Assembly (NCBI GenBank): GCA_046758965.1
Contig: JBHIBG010000062.1
Coordinates: forward strand, 1-15,902
DNA: 15,902 nucleotides
Direction of reading: 5' to 3'
Source: Candidatus Methylomirabilia bacterium
Lineage (GTDB): Bacteria; Methylomirabilota; Methylomirabilia; Rokubacteriales; CSP1-6
The notes below the pieces were generated by a model. That model ran no database searches, was not told the origin of the DNA, and was given only the letters and a program-made list of their open reading frames with translations. Positions 1 to 7,865 of the stretch are shown in pieces (within the stretch, counting starts at the first letter, position 1; each line of letters opens with the position of its first letter). The translations under genes were made by a program, and so were the position numbers.

Positions 1-49
1 GGCGGCGGTCCGGCGGATCTCCACTGATTGTAACGCCTGTCACCGCTGA
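1..49 (+). CDS. 3' end of a c-type cytochrome, probably a QrcA/ActA-like multiheme cytochrome c (partial, runs off the window)
   Basis: Frame starting at base 2 reads AAVRRISTDCNACHR then TGA (47-49). A CxxCH (29-43) one residue before the stop, directly upstream of a Mo-fold subunit gene, is how QrcA/ActA-type cytochromes end. Not in the ORF track. Confidence 0.8.
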   Translation, partial: AAVRRISTDCNACHR

Positions 50-153
50 CAACGGCCGTGGGCAAAGCCTACCTCTCGCTCTTCAGCGAGAGGCTCCGGG
101 GCCTGCTCCCGCGCGTGGGGGAAAGGTCGCGGGCCGAGAGGGAGAGAACGAGG

Positions 154-2568
154 ATGAGAGTGACGAGGCGTGGGTTCCTTCAGGTGTTGGGCGCGACAGC
201 CGGGGCCGCCGCGCTCGTGAGAGGCCCGCTGGCCAAGGCTCAGCAGACAGGCGGGGACTTCACGCGGTGGACTACGCCCGAGGAGAGCCTGATCCCCTCC
301 ATCTGCCAGCAGTGTCCGGGCGGATGCGGACTCCTGATCCGGGTTCTGGACGGGGAGGTAGCGGGGATTGCAGGGAACCCCCTCCACCCCATCAGCCGAG
401 GGAGCCTCTGCCCCAAAGCTTACGGTGGGCTTCAGCTCCTCTATGACGGTAGCCGTCTGAAGGGGCCGATGGTCCGGGATGGAGAGCGTGGGCGCTTCCG
501 ACCCACCGGGTGGGACGAGGCGCTCCGATTGGTGACAAGTCGCCTTTCCGAGCTTCGCCTCCAAGGTCTCTCGCACACGGTGGCCATTCTCGGAGGGCAG
601 TACCGGGGCTACCGGGACACGCTCTGGAAACGGTTCGCCGAAGCGTACGGGACTCCCAACTACCTCCGCTTCCGCTGCCTCCACCCGGAGCAACCCGCCG
701 TCGCTCATCAGCTCATGCAGGGCGTGACGACTCCTCTGGGCTACGACCTTGGCGAAGCCCGATTCATCCTCTCTTTTGGGGCCGGCCTCCTGGAATCCTG
801 GCTCGGCCCGGTCCATGCCTCCCAGGCGTTTGCCCGTCTCCGCCGAAGCGGGCAGCGCCCCCGCGGACGGTTCGTCCAGGTGGATCCAAGACGCTCGCCG
901 ACCGCGGTCAAAGCGGACCAGTGGGTCCCTGTCGTTCCGGGGACCGACGGAATCCTGGCTCTCGGCATCGCCAACACCATGATCCGCGAGGGACTCTACG
1001 ATCGGGAGTTTGTGGACAGGTACGCCTTCGGCTTCGAGGACTGGGTGGATGGAGCCGGTCAGCGGCACACGGGGTTCAAGAACTTGGTCCTGAAAGAGTA
1101 CGGCCTGCTTACCGTGTCGGGGGCCACGGGCGTCCCGGTCAAGACTATCCTCGAAATCGCTCGCGATCTCGCCACGATCAAGCCGGCAACCGTCATCGGC
1201 GAGCGAGGACCGGCCTACGGCTCCGACGATCTCCACACCCGGATGGCGATCCACAGCCTCAACGCTCTTGTCGGAAACATCGGCGTCCGCGGCGGCCTCT
1301 TGATCCAAGGCGAGCTGCCACTGACCCCCCTTTCCCCGGTTCAGCAGGATGAGGCCGCGAAACGGGGTTTGACACAACCTCGCATTGACGGAGCCGGTCG
1401 CGGGGCGTACTTCCTTGCCCCCGGTGTTCCTCAGGCTCTCCCGGAGCGCCTGCTGCAGGGAACGCCATATCCGATCAATGCCCTCTTCCTCTTCGCCACT
1501 AACCCCCTGGCCAATCACCCCGCGAAGGAGGCGTTGGCCAGGGCCTTCGACTGGATTCCCTTCATCGTGAGTTTCTCTCCATTCCTTGACGAAAGCTCCT
1601 CCAAAGCTGACCTGATCCTTCCCGATCACACCTACCTGGAGCGGTGGCAGGACGACCAGGTCACGCACCTGGCCGGCTTCACCTGCTTCAGTCTGGCCCG
1701 GCCGGCTGCGGCGCCTCTCCATCGCACCCGCAACACCGCCGACGTACTGCTCCAGATTGCGAACATGCTGGGCGGAAGCGTCGGCGAGAGCCTTCCGTGG
1801 GAGAAGTTCGACGACCTTCTCTACGAGACGGCCCGGGGACTCTACGAGGCCGGCCGAGGGTACGTGGTCTCGATTGCTGCCGAGGAGTCGCTCAGAAGGA
1901 TCCTGGAGCGCCAGGGGTACTGGACGCCCGAGTTCGAGGACTACGACGACTTCTGGGATGCCCTGCTCGAGCGGGGGGCATGGTGGGATCCCACAGGTCT
2001 TCCGGTCAGCCGGAAAGCCCTCCTGAGGACCCCCTCGGGGAAGTTCGAATTCTATTGCACCGACCTCAAGCGGTTGGTGGAGGAGGCCGAGAGGCGGGAA
2101 GGGAACCCGGCAGTGCTCGTCCGCCCCCTCGGTGCCCCGGGTGGTGAGGACTCGCGGTTTCTCCCTGCAGTGGCCATTCCGCCCCCCCGAGAACCGGGAG
2201 CGTTTGCTCTTCGCCTCAACACCTACCGCCTCGCGACCCGACCGCCGGGTGGTGGGAGGAATCAGCCCTGGCTCCTTGAGCAGCCGGCTGTCCACGTCCG
2301 GGCCTCCTGGGAGGGGTGGGTAGAGGTTCACCCGGAAACAGCACGCAAGTTTGGGGTGACGGATGGCGACTGGGTCTGGGTGGAGTCGGCCAAAGGGCGG
2401 ATCAGGCTCAAGGCCAAGCTCTACTCCGGGACGCTTCCCGACGTGATCCACATCCCGCTTTTCGGCGGGGAGGGGCCCAACCCGAATGACCTGATCGTCA
2501 ACGAGGCCGATCCGTTCCGTGGCTTCGGGCTTCTCAACACCACTCGGGTCCAGCTCCGCAAGGTATAG
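154..2568 (+). CDS. Tat-exported molybdopterin oxidoreductase (DMSO reductase superfamily) large subunit, QrcB/PsrA-like, 804 aa
   Basis: ATG154 follows a purine-rich stretch and gives MRVTRRGFLQ (twin-arginine signal, AKA cleavage site). FS0 motif CQQCPGGC-X27-CPK. Family motifs VDPRRSPTAVKADQWVPVVPGTDG, ADLILPDHTYLE, TPSGKFEF and VEVHPETARKFGVTDGDWV. The ORF-track start at 58 is probably too far upstream. Confidence 0.9.
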   Translation: MRVTRRGFLQVLGATAGAAALVRGPLAKAQQTGGDFTRWTTPEESLIPSICQQCPGGCGLLIRVLDGEVAGIAGNPLHPISRGSLCPKAYGGLQLLYDGSRLKGPMVRDGERGRFRPTGWDEALRLVTSRLSELRLQGLSHTVAILGGQYRGYRDTLWKRFAEAYGTPNYLRFRCLHPEQPAVAHQLMQGVTTPLGYDLGEARFILSFGAGLLESWLGPVHASQAFARLRRSGQRPRGRFVQVDPRRSPTAVKADQWVPVVPGTDGILALGIANTMIREGLYDREFVDRYAFGFEDWVDGAGQRHTGFKNLVLKEYGLLTVSGATGVPVKTILEIARDLATIKPATVIGERGPAYGSDDLHTRMAIHSLNALVGNIGVRGGLLIQGELPLTPLSPVQQDEAAKRGLTQPRIDGAGRGAYFLAPGVPQALPERLLQGTPYPINALFLFATNPLANHPAKEALARAFDWIPFIVSFSPFLDESSSKADLILPDHTYLERWQDDQVTHLAGFTCFSLARPAAAPLHRTRNTADVLLQIANMLGGSVGESLPWEKFDDLLYETARGLYEAGRGYVVSIAAEESLRRILERQGYWTPEFEDYDDFWDALLERGAWWDPTGLPVSRKALLRTPSGKFEFYCTDLKRLVEEAERREGNPAVLVRPLGAPGGEDSRFLPAVAIPPPREPGAFALRLNTYRLATRPPGGGRNQPWLLEQPAVHVRASWEGWVEVHPETARKFGVTDGDWVWVESAKGRIRLKAKLYSGTLPDVIHIPLFGGEGPNPNDLIVNEADPFRGFGLLNTTRVQLRKV

Positions 2569-2630
2569 CAGCATGGCGACACGGGTCAGACGACTCACTT
2601 GGCGGCTGCCAGCGGACTACGGCGGTTCGA

Positions 2631-2746
2631 GCGCGGGCAAAGCCCGCGCAACGGTGGGGGGAGGTACGCTCGCCTTCGGCTCGCGCTCTCCGCAACCTCG
2701 CACGCGAGGTTGCTTCGCGTCGGCAGGGGGGCACAGCCCCCTTCCG
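2631..2746. repeat. Cluster of GC-rich inverted repeats (REP-like or structured intergenic element)
   Basis: GCGCGGGC-AAA-GCCCGCGC (2631-2649); GCAACCTCGC-AC-GCGAGGTTGC (2692-2713); GGGGGC-ACA-GCCCCC (2727-2741, extendable to 2721-2746). Confidence 0.7.
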
Positions 2747-2754
2747 AGGTAGAG

Positions 2755-3438
2755 ATGGCGCTCTGGGGGATGGTGATCGATCTGGATCGCTGCACCGGCT
2801 GCCAGGCTTGCGTCATGGCCTGCAAGGCCGAGAATAACGTCCCGGCCGTAGGGGCCAGCGAGGCGGAGCAGGGGCGGACCATCAGTTGGATGCAGGTCCT
2901 CACCGAAACTGACGACGAGCACCCTGGCGGGAAGATGCGGTTTCTGCCACGGCCGTGTCTGCATTGCGATGACCCGCCGTGCACCAAAGTCTGCCCCGTG
3001 TACGCCACGTACCGGAACCCCGAGGGGATCATCGCCCAGATCTATGCCCGCTGCATCGGGTGCCGCTTCTGCATGGCCGCCTGCCCGTACAACGCCAAGT
3101 ACTTCAACTGGCGGAGGTACCAGACGGAGAAGCCGGGCCAGAACCCGGATGTGTCGGTACGCCCGAAGGGAGTCGTTGAAAAGTGCACCTTCTGCCACCA
3201 CCGCCTCCAGAGGGCCCGCGAGCGCGCCCTCGCCGAAAAACGGGGGATGAACCCGGGGGAGTATGTCCCCGCCTGCGCCGAGGCGTGCCCGGCTCGAGCC
3301 ATCATCTTCGGTGATCTCTCCGATCCCGGCAGCGGGGTGTCGAAGCTCGCCCGGAGTCCCCGGGCCTTCAGGCTCCAGGAGGAGCTGGGGACCAAGCCCA
3401 AGGTGATCTACCTGACAGAAGGAGAAGGCCGTGGCTGA
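2755..3438 (+). CDS. 4Fe-4S dicluster electron-transfer subunit (NrfC/PsrB/QrcC type), 227 aa
   Basis: GAGGT RBS at 2746-2750, then MALWGMVIDLDRCTGCQACVMAC, CLHCDDPPCTKVCP, CIGCRFCMAACP and EKCTFC…PACAEACP: 16 Cys for four clusters. C-terminal LGTKPKVIYL is typical. The ORF-track start at 2599 runs through the hairpin region. Confidence 0.93.
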   Translation: MALWGMVIDLDRCTGCQACVMACKAENNVPAVGASEAEQGRTISWMQVLTETDDEHPGGKMRFLPRPCLHCDDPPCTKVCPVYATYRNPEGIIAQIYARCIGCRFCMAACPYNAKYFNWRRYQTEKPGQNPDVSVRPKGVVEKCTFCHHRLQRARERALAEKRGMNPGEYVPACAEACPARAIIFGDLSDPGSGVSKLARSPRAFRLQEELGTKPKVIYLTEGEGRG

Positions 3439-4798
3439 TCGCGTCACCGACAGCGACGCGGTCCTCTTCGCTCCGATCGAGCGGACGGGCCCCGGCTTCT
3501 ACTGGGTCGTCGCTGCGCTCTTGCTCCTCGTCCTCTGGGGCGCTACGGCCTACTGGACCCAACTCGAGCAGGGGCTGGGTGTCACAGGGCTTCACCAGCC
3601 GGTCTCCTGGGGGTTTTACGTCACGAACTTCGTCTTCTTTATCGGGATCAGCCACGCGGGGACCCTGATCTCGGCCATCCTCCGTCTGTCCAGGGCCGAG
3701 TGGCGGCGGTCGGTCACCCGGATGGCCGAGGTGATCACCGTGGCGGTCCTCTTCATCGGCGCCGGCCAGATCCTCGTGGACCTGGGCCGGCCTGATCGGC
3801 TCATGAACATGATCCGGTACGGCCGCTACCAGTCCCCCCTCCTCTGGGACGCCACCAGCATCAGCGCCTACCTGACGGCCAGCATCATCTACCTCTACAT
3901 TCCCATGATCCCCGACATCGCCCTCCTGCGGGACCGGCTCGGCAAGCGGAAGTTTCTCTACTCGGTGCTGGCCCTCGGGTGGCGGGGGACCGAGCGCCAG
4001 CAGCGGATCCTGAACCGCGCCATCGGCGTCATGGCGGTGCTCGTGATCCCCATCGCGGTCTCCGTGCACTCCGTCGTCTCCTTCGTCTTCTCCATGACGC
4101 TCCAGCCGATGTGGCACTCGACGATCTTCGGCCCCTACTTCGTGGTGGGGGCGATTTTCTCCGGGATCGCAGCCCTCATCGTCGCCATGGTCCTGTTCAG
4201 GAAGGCTTACGGGTTGCAGGGCTACCTCAAACCGGTTCACTTCCGCTATCTGGGACAGCTGTTGTTAGTCATGTCGCTCCTCTGGTTCTACTTCACCTTC
4301 GCCGAGTACCTGACGGGCTACTACGGCGCGCAGCCGGAGGAGATGGCGGTGTTCTGGTCCAAGTTCACCGGCCCCTTCTGGCCCTTCTTCTGGGGGATGG
4401 CCCTCATGAACTTCGTCATCCCGCTCCTCTGCCTCGTGCGACTCGGCCGCCGCACCGTCGGGAAGGTCTTCGTGGGCTCCCTGTCAGTCCTGGTGGGGAT
4501 GTGGCTCGAGCGCTTCATCATCGTCGTGCCGACCCTCGCCACCCCCCGGCTCCCGTTCCCGGAGGGGCACTACTGGCCGACATGGATCGAGTGGGGAGAG
4601 GCCGCGGGGAGTTTCGCGCTCTTCGCCCTCTTCTTCCTTCTCTTCACGAAGGTCTTCCCCATCATCTCCATCTGGGAGATCCGGGAGGGGCGGGAGGCGG
4701 GCCTCCGGGAGGTGGAAGAGCGCCTGCTGACCTACCTCCCGGACACGCTGCCGGGCGGGCTGGTGGAGAGCGGCCGGGCCCAGCCGGCGGGGCCATGA
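3431..4798 (+). CDS. NrfD/PsrC-family quinone-interacting membrane subunit 1 (ActC-like), 455 aa
   Basis: GTG start overlaps the FeS gene end by 8 nt. Motifs WGFYVTNFVFFIGISHAGTLISAIL, DLGRPDR, SPLLWD, SVHSVVSF, WHSTIFGPYFVVGAIFSG and GMWLERF; about 10 hydrophobic segments. Confidence 0.93.
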   Translation: MADRVTDSDAVLFAPIERTGPGFYWVVAALLLLVLWGATAYWTQLEQGLGVTGLHQPVSWGFYVTNFVFFIGISHAGTLISAILRLSRAEWRRSVTRMAEVITVAVLFIGAGQILVDLGRPDRLMNMIRYGRYQSPLLWDATSISAYLTASIIYLYIPMIPDIALLRDRLGKRKFLYSVLALGWRGTERQQRILNRAIGVMAVLVIPIAVSVHSVVSFVFSMTLQPMWHSTIFGPYFVVGAIFSGIAALIVAMVLFRKAYGLQGYLKPVHFRYLGQLLLVMSLLWFYFTFAEYLTGYYGAQPEEMAVFWSKFTGPFWPFFWGMALMNFVIPLLCLVRLGRRTVGKVFVGSLSVLVGMWLERFIIVVPTLATPRLPFPEGHYWPTWIEWGEAAGSFALFALFFLLFTKVFPIISIWEIREGREAGLREVEERLLTYLPDTLPGGLVESGRAQPAGP

Positions 4799-5085
4799 GC
4801 GATCCGCATCCGGCGCGGGACCGCGCAGTCCGGACCTTCCAGTGGGCGATGGCCGTGGGGGCTGTCTTCTTCATCGGGGGGATCGTGACCTGGATCGGCC
4901 ACCTGATCCGGACGGCCTGGAGGCTCCAGGACACGCCCTCGGCCTCTATCGGGATCTCGCTGGTGGCAATTCCGGTCTTCCTCACCCTCCTGGGCGTGGT
5001 GCTTTACGTCTTTGTCGGGCTCCTAGGAGACCGCGGTAGCCCGCCGCCACCGCCGCCGGAACCGCCGACCCGCTGGGGCGGATGA
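4795..5085 (+). CDS. Small two-TM membrane protein, 96 aa, putative accessory subunit
   Basis: ATGA overlaps with both neighbours (4795-4798 and 5082-5085), so it fills the gap exactly. MSDPHPARDRAVRTFQWAMAVGAVFFIGGIVTWIGHLI…ISLVAIPVFLTLLGVVLYVFVGLLG…PPPPPPEPP. It is the C-terminal part of track ORF 3979..5085. Confidence 0.8.
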   Translation: MSDPHPARDRAVRTFQWAMAVGAVFFIGGIVTWIGHLIRTAWRLQDTPSASIGISLVAIPVFLTLLGVVLYVFVGLLGDRGSPPPPPPEPPTRWGG

Positions 5086-6590
5086 ACAGTGGGGACTTCA
5101 CCATGGGTCCGGTAAGGGGAGAGGCGCTGGCCCGGCCGGCGAGGACAGGGTGGGGGTGGGGCCTCACCGTCTGCCTCCTCCTGGGCCTCCTGGGCGGGGC
5201 GCTCTACGCCCTGGGCTGGCAGCTCCAGATCGGCCTCGGGATCACCGGCATGAACAGCCCGGCTTACTGGGGGCTCTACATCGTGAACTTCGTCTTCTTC
5301 GTCGGGCTCTCGGCCGGGGGAATCATTATCGCTTCGCTCGTCCACGCCCTGGGCCTCAGCCAGTTCCGCTCGGTGGCGCGGATCGCCGAGCTCATGGCCA
5401 TTAGCTGCATGATCCTGGCGCTGCTCTTCATCCTGCTCGATTTGGGCCGCCCGGACCGGCTTGCGAACCTGTTCCTCCACGGGCAGCTCTGGTCACCTCT
5501 CGTCTGGGACGTGATCGTCATCAACCTCTACCTCATCGTCAGCCTGATCTATGGGTACTTCGGGCTCCGCGGAGATCTGGCGCGGTTGCTGGCGATGACT
5601 CCCGGACGCCGATGGCTCTACCGGCTCCTCGCCCTGGGATATACCGACCTTTCGAGCCGGGCGTTGGCGAGGGATCAAAAGGTCGTGAGGATCGTGGCCT
5701 TCGTGGGACTCCCCCTCGCAGTGGCCCTTCACACCGTCACGGCCTGGATCCTCGGGCTGGTCAAGGCCCGCCCGGGGTGGTACGGGGCGATCATGGCTCC
5801 GCTCTTCATCATCTCGGCTACGGTTTCGGGGCTGGCCCTGCTCCTGGCCTCGGTGGTCTTCTGCCGGCGGTTTCTGAAGCTCCCGATCGAGGAGAAAGTC
5901 GTGAGGGACCTGGGGAAGCTCTTGGTCCTCTCGATCCCAGTCCTGGGCTATCTCCTCTTCGCCGAGCTGCTGACCGTGCTCTACGGCCGGGAACCCGGGG
6001 CCTTCCACGTGTTCGAGGAGATGATGTTCGGCGGATACGCTCCGGTCTTCTGGGGGAACCTGCTTTTCGGGCTCCTCTTCCCCCTGGCCGTGCTGGGGGC
6101 GATCCTGTTCGGGGTGAACCGCCAGCTCGTCCTCGGGGGCGGGGTCCTGGCCACCCCGCTCGTCGCGGTGGCTGCCGCGAGGCTCCCCGGATGGACCCCG
6201 CCGGTCCTGGGCGGGGTGTTCACAGCGATCCTCGAGGTCCCGGTCCCGCCGTGGCTGGGATACGCGCTCCTCTGGCTGGGCGGCCTCCTCTTGCTGCTCC
6301 TTCTGCTGGATCAGCGGATGCCTGCCGACGTCCGGATCGGAATCGCCGCCGGCCTGGTTGTCGTGGGAGTGCTGGCTGAACGGTGGATGATCGTCGTCAT
6401 CCCCCTGATCGGCCACGCCCACCTCCCCTACGCTTACGTCCCTCCCTCGTACGCTCCCACGGCGGTGGAGGCCCTCCTGGCCGTGGGGGTGTACGCCGTG
6501 GGGGGCCTCCTCTTCGCCTTCTCGGCAAAATTCCTTCCCCTGGTGGAGCTGGAGCCGTCAACCCCTGGAGCTCATGGAGGCGAATCGTGA
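5082..6590 (+). CDS. NrfD/PsrC-family membrane subunit 2, 502 aa
   Basis: WGLYIVNFVFFVGLSAGG, DLGRPDR, SPLVWD, LHTVTAW, RPGWYGAIMAPLFIISATVSG and LAERW motifs. Extra hydrophobic insert near 6090-6340. An alternative start at ATG5103 is possible. Confidence 0.92.
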   Translation: MNSGDFTMGPVRGEALARPARTGWGWGLTVCLLLGLLGGALYALGWQLQIGLGITGMNSPAYWGLYIVNFVFFVGLSAGGIIIASLVHALGLSQFRSVARIAELMAISCMILALLFILLDLGRPDRLANLFLHGQLWSPLVWDVIVINLYLIVSLIYGYFGLRGDLARLLAMTPGRRWLYRLLALGYTDLSSRALARDQKVVRIVAFVGLPLAVALHTVTAWILGLVKARPGWYGAIMAPLFIISATVSGLALLLASVVFCRRFLKLPIEEKVVRDLGKLLVLSIPVLGYLLFAELLTVLYGREPGAFHVFEEMMFGGYAPVFWGNLLFGLLFPLAVLGAILFGVNRQLVLGGGVLATPLVAVAAARLPGWTPPVLGGVFTAILEVPVPPWLGYALLWLGGLLLLLLLLDQRMPADVRIGIAAGLVVVGVLAERWMIVVIPLIGHAHLPYAYVPPSYAPTAVEALLAVGVYAVGGLLFAFSAKFLPLVELEPSTPGAHGGES

Positions 6591-7834
6591 GGAGATGCGT
6601 CGTGCTCGTCGCTCTGCTTCTTTTCACGGGCGTGGGGCCGGGGGCCGGAATCCCTCCGGCCTTCGGAGGTCACGCGAGCCTTTCGTTCCTCCTTCCTGGG
6701 AATCCTCTCGAGGGGAGCCATCTCTTCTTCGGCAAGGGATGTCTTCGTTGCCACGCGGTCCACGGCATCGGCGGGAGCACGGGGCCGGACCTGGGCCGGG
6801 GGATCATGAACCGCCCGCTCCTCGAGATCGCTGGAGTCATGTGGAACCACTCCCCGGGGATGGAGCACGTGTTTCAGGAGCGGCACGTGGTCCGCCCGAA
6901 GTTTGGGGCCGAGGAGATGGCGAGCCTGCTCTCGTTTCTCTACTACCTCGGCTCCCTGGACCCGCCCGGCGACGCGGCGGTGGGCGCGCGGCTGTTCCGC
7001 CAGAACGGGTGCCAGGGATGCCATTCCTTGGGCGGGAAGGGTGGAACGGTTGGACCGTCGCTCGACGAGTACAGCCGCTATGCGTCCCCGCTCTTCCTGA
7101 CCACGGCCCTCTGGAACAAGGGGCAAGCCATGGCCAAGGCCATGGCGAAGCGGCGGGTCCCCCGCCCCACCTTCCGGGGGAACGACATCCCTGACCTCTT
7201 GGCGTACATCCGGGCGAGCGGGGGCGGCCTCGAGCGGGTCTACGCTCCCCCGGGGAGCCCGGAGCAGGGCGAGGAGCTGTTCAGGGAGAAGCGCTGCGTC
7301 GAATGCCACTCCGTCAGGGGAGACGGCGGGAAGGTCGGGCCCGACCTGGGCGCGACGCTCACGGGGAGCCTCATGCGGATCGCCGGGAGGATGTGGAACC
7401 ACGGCCCCAAGATGTGGGCGAAGATGGCCGAGCGGGGGATCCAGGTTCCCTCTTTTCGCGCGGAGGAGATGTCCAACCTCATCAGCTACCTCTACTTCTT
7501 CCAGTTCATCGACGCGCCGGGCGATGCGGGAAGGGGGCAGGCGGTGTACAGGGAAAAGCGCTGCGGCGCCTGCCACGCCCTCCGGGGAGTTGGCGAAAAG
7601 GTGGGGCCGGACCTCGCGGAAGAGGAGAAGCTCGACACCCCCGTGGAGATCATCACCGAGATGTGGAACCACGCGGGGCATATGGAAGAGAAGATGCTGA
7701 AGGAGAACGTGGCGTGGCCGGTCCTCAAGGGAGGAGAGATGGCGGATCTGATTTCCTACCTGCTCTCCATCCGGCGAGGGACGGCCCAGCCGGTCGGCCC
7801 CGAGGGATCAGCGTCCCAGGGGAACCGGCGGTGA
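6587..7834 (+). CDS. Periplasmic tetraheme cytochrome c built from four tandem class-I-like cytochrome c domains, 415 aa
   Basis: GGAGG (6576-6580) then GTG6587 in a GTGA overlap. Signal-like MRRCVVLVALLLFTG. CxxCH at 6740 (CLRCH), 7010 (CQGCH), 7295 (CVECH) and 7562 (CGACH), each followed by GP(D/S)L and WN(H/K). Confidence 0.9.
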   Translation: MRRCVVLVALLLFTGVGPGAGIPPAFGGHASLSFLLPGNPLEGSHLFFGKGCLRCHAVHGIGGSTGPDLGRGIMNRPLLEIAGVMWNHSPGMEHVFQERHVVRPKFGAEEMASLLSFLYYLGSLDPPGDAAVGARLFRQNGCQGCHSLGGKGGTVGPSLDEYSRYASPLFLTTALWNKGQAMAKAMAKRRVPRPTFRGNDIPDLLAYIRASGGGLERVYAPPGSPEQGEELFREKRCVECHSVRGDGGKVGPDLGATLTGSLMRIAGRMWNHGPKMWAKMAERGIQVPSFRAEEMSNLISYLYFFQFIDAPGDAGRGQAVYREKRCGACHALRGVGEKVGPDLAEEEKLDTPVEIITEMWNHAGHMEEKMLKENVAWPVLKGGEMADLISYLLSIRRGTAQPVGPEGSASQGNRR

Positions 7835-7865
7835 GGAGGCATCCCAGCACAGGAGGGAGCTGGCC

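Noticed and set aside
58..153. N-terminal extension of the Mo-fold protein from GTG58
   Set aside because: It would bury the twin-arginine motif more than 30 residues in. ATG154 gives a canonical Tat signal.
154..2568. Specific assignment as psrA, ttrA, arrA, arxA, qrcB or actB
   Set aside because: Motifs are mixed and the catalytic loop is atypical. No gene symbol or substrate can be supported without phylogeny.
40..2598. 852-aa minus-strand ORF
   Set aside because: Antisense shadow of the Mo-fold gene. It has no recognisable motifs, and long stop-free antisense frames are common in GC-rich coding DNA.
2704..2715. Similarity of GCGAGGTTGCTT to GCGAGGGTTGCTT at 15576-15588
   Set aside because: Only about 12 nt with an indel, and on opposite arms of their hairpins. 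Plausibly chance.
2599..2754. 52-aa N-terminal extension of the FeS subunit
   Set aside because: Arg/Gly-rich translation of the hairpin region from a TTG start. Family homology begins at ATG2755, which has its own RBS.
3979..4794. First 272 codons of the 368-aa ORF 3979..5085
   Set aside because: Off-frame overlap with NrfD1 and low-complexity Arg/Pro/Leu sequence. Only the part from ATG4795 is credible.
6383..6586. ORF-track start of the cytochrome c at 6383
   Set aside because: Overlaps NrfD2 by about 200 nt. GTG6587 has an RBS, a GTGA coupling and a signal peptide.
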